64,000 nucleotides of DNA from NCBI GenBank assembly GCA_963763775.1, contig CAVXPZ010000001.1:928001-992000 (forward strand), given 5' to 3'. The DNA is from an uncultured Chloroflexia bacterium (GTDB lineage Bacteria; Chloroflexota; Limnocylindria; Limnocylindrales; CSP1-4). This document shows, piece by piece, positions 63,213 through 64,000 of this stretch (the first letter of the stretch is position 1; each line of letters begins with the position of its first letter). The position numbers were made by a program, and so were the translations under genes. Below the pieces are notes generated by a model. It saw only the letters and a program-made list of their open reading frames with translations, had not been told where the DNA came from and did no database searches.

Positions 63213-64000
63213 ATGGGCGTCGCAGACGGCTGGGTCGAGCTCGGGGACCGCGTGTTCGTGCGCCGGTACGCGTTCTACGACCAGAACATCGGCGTGATCC
63301 TGGGCGGCGGCGAGGCGCTCGTCATCGACACCCGCAGCACGCACGTGCAGGGTCGGGAGATCCTGGACGACCTCCGCGAGCTGACGCGCGACCCGGTCAC
63401 GGTCGTCGTGGACACGCACGGCCACTTCGACCACGCCTACGGGAACCACGTCTTCCGGCCGGCCACCATCTGGGGCCACGAGCGGTGCGTGACCTTCATC
63501 GAGCGGACCGGCGAGGCGCGCCGCTCCGAGATCGCCCGCGAGGAGCCGGACCTCGCCGCGGACCTGGCCGAGGTCGTCATCGACCCGCCGGACCGGACGT
63601 TCGCCGAGGCCGCCACGATCGAGGTCGGCGGGCGATCGGTCGACCTGCGCTACATCGGCCGCGCCCACACGGACCACGACATCGTCATCAGCGTGCCCGG
63701 AACGGACGTCCTGTTCGCGGGCGACATGCTCGAGAACGGTGCCGTCCCGTTCTTCGGGGACGGCTACCCGATCGATTGGGCCGCGACGGCCGCCGCGATC
63801 GTGCCGCTGGTCGGCGATGGCGTGGTCGTGCCAGGCCACGGCGACCACGCCGGGCGGGACTTCGCGGAGCGCCAGGCCACGGCGTTCGCGGCGTTGGCGG
63901 CGTTGGCCACGCGCGTCCACCACGGCGAGCTGACGGTCGAGGACGCCCTGGCGGCGCACCCGTTCCCGGAGTACCCGCCAGAGGACGCCGGCCGGCCGCT
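63213..64000 (+). CDS. MBL-fold metallo-hydrolase (runs off window)
   Basis: Manual translation MGVADGWVELGDRVF..VIDT..THGHFDHAYGN..AHTDHD..LFAGD..VPGHG. Confidence 0.87.
   Translation, partial: MGVADGWVELGDRVFVRRYAFYDQNIGVILGGGEALVIDTRSTHVQGREILDDLRELTRDPVTVVVDTHGHFDHAYGNHVFRPATIWGHERCVTFIERTGEARRSEIAREEPDLAADLAEVVIDPPDRTFAEAATIEVGGRSVDLRYIGRAHTDHDIVISVPGTDVLFAGDMLENGAVPFFGDGYPIDWAATAAAIVPLVGDGVVVPGHGDHAGRDFAERQATAFAALAALATRVHHGELTVEDALAAHPFPEYPPEDAGRP

Overview
Very GC-rich bacterial chromosomal segment. Gene content and style suggest Chloroflexota, possibly Limnocylindria; this is an inference and is not verified. Roughly 25 scattered single-base frameshifts split otherwise intact genes, most likely from long-read consensus errors. 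In order, the window holds: the start of a kdp locus (kdpA 5' end, kdpF, a second small peptide, a receiver-only regulator, kdpE, a short kdpD); tRNA-Arg(TCT); an orphan amino-DNA methyltransferase; a gene preceded by DnaA-like and LexA-like boxes; a dgcN/dgcA-like pair; tRNA-Glu(CTC); an 8-gene ABC/MoxR/DUF58/VWA operon followed by a lipoprotein and a sortase; acyl-CoA dehydrogenase; a SufR-like regulator; adenosine deaminase; lipA and a 2-oxoacid dehydrogenase cluster interrupted by an opposite-strand cupin / transporter-HEAT-cNMP / cyclase-STAND module; plsY; a zinc-ribbon gene with an SD-sequestering leader; glpD; nnrE; mutY; a kinase/SIS/aldehyde dehydrogenase unit; and a TPP riboswitch controlling thiY/thiX-like genes. 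Many genes appear to be transcribed as leaderless mRNAs. No CRISPR array, rRNA, integrase or transposase was seen.
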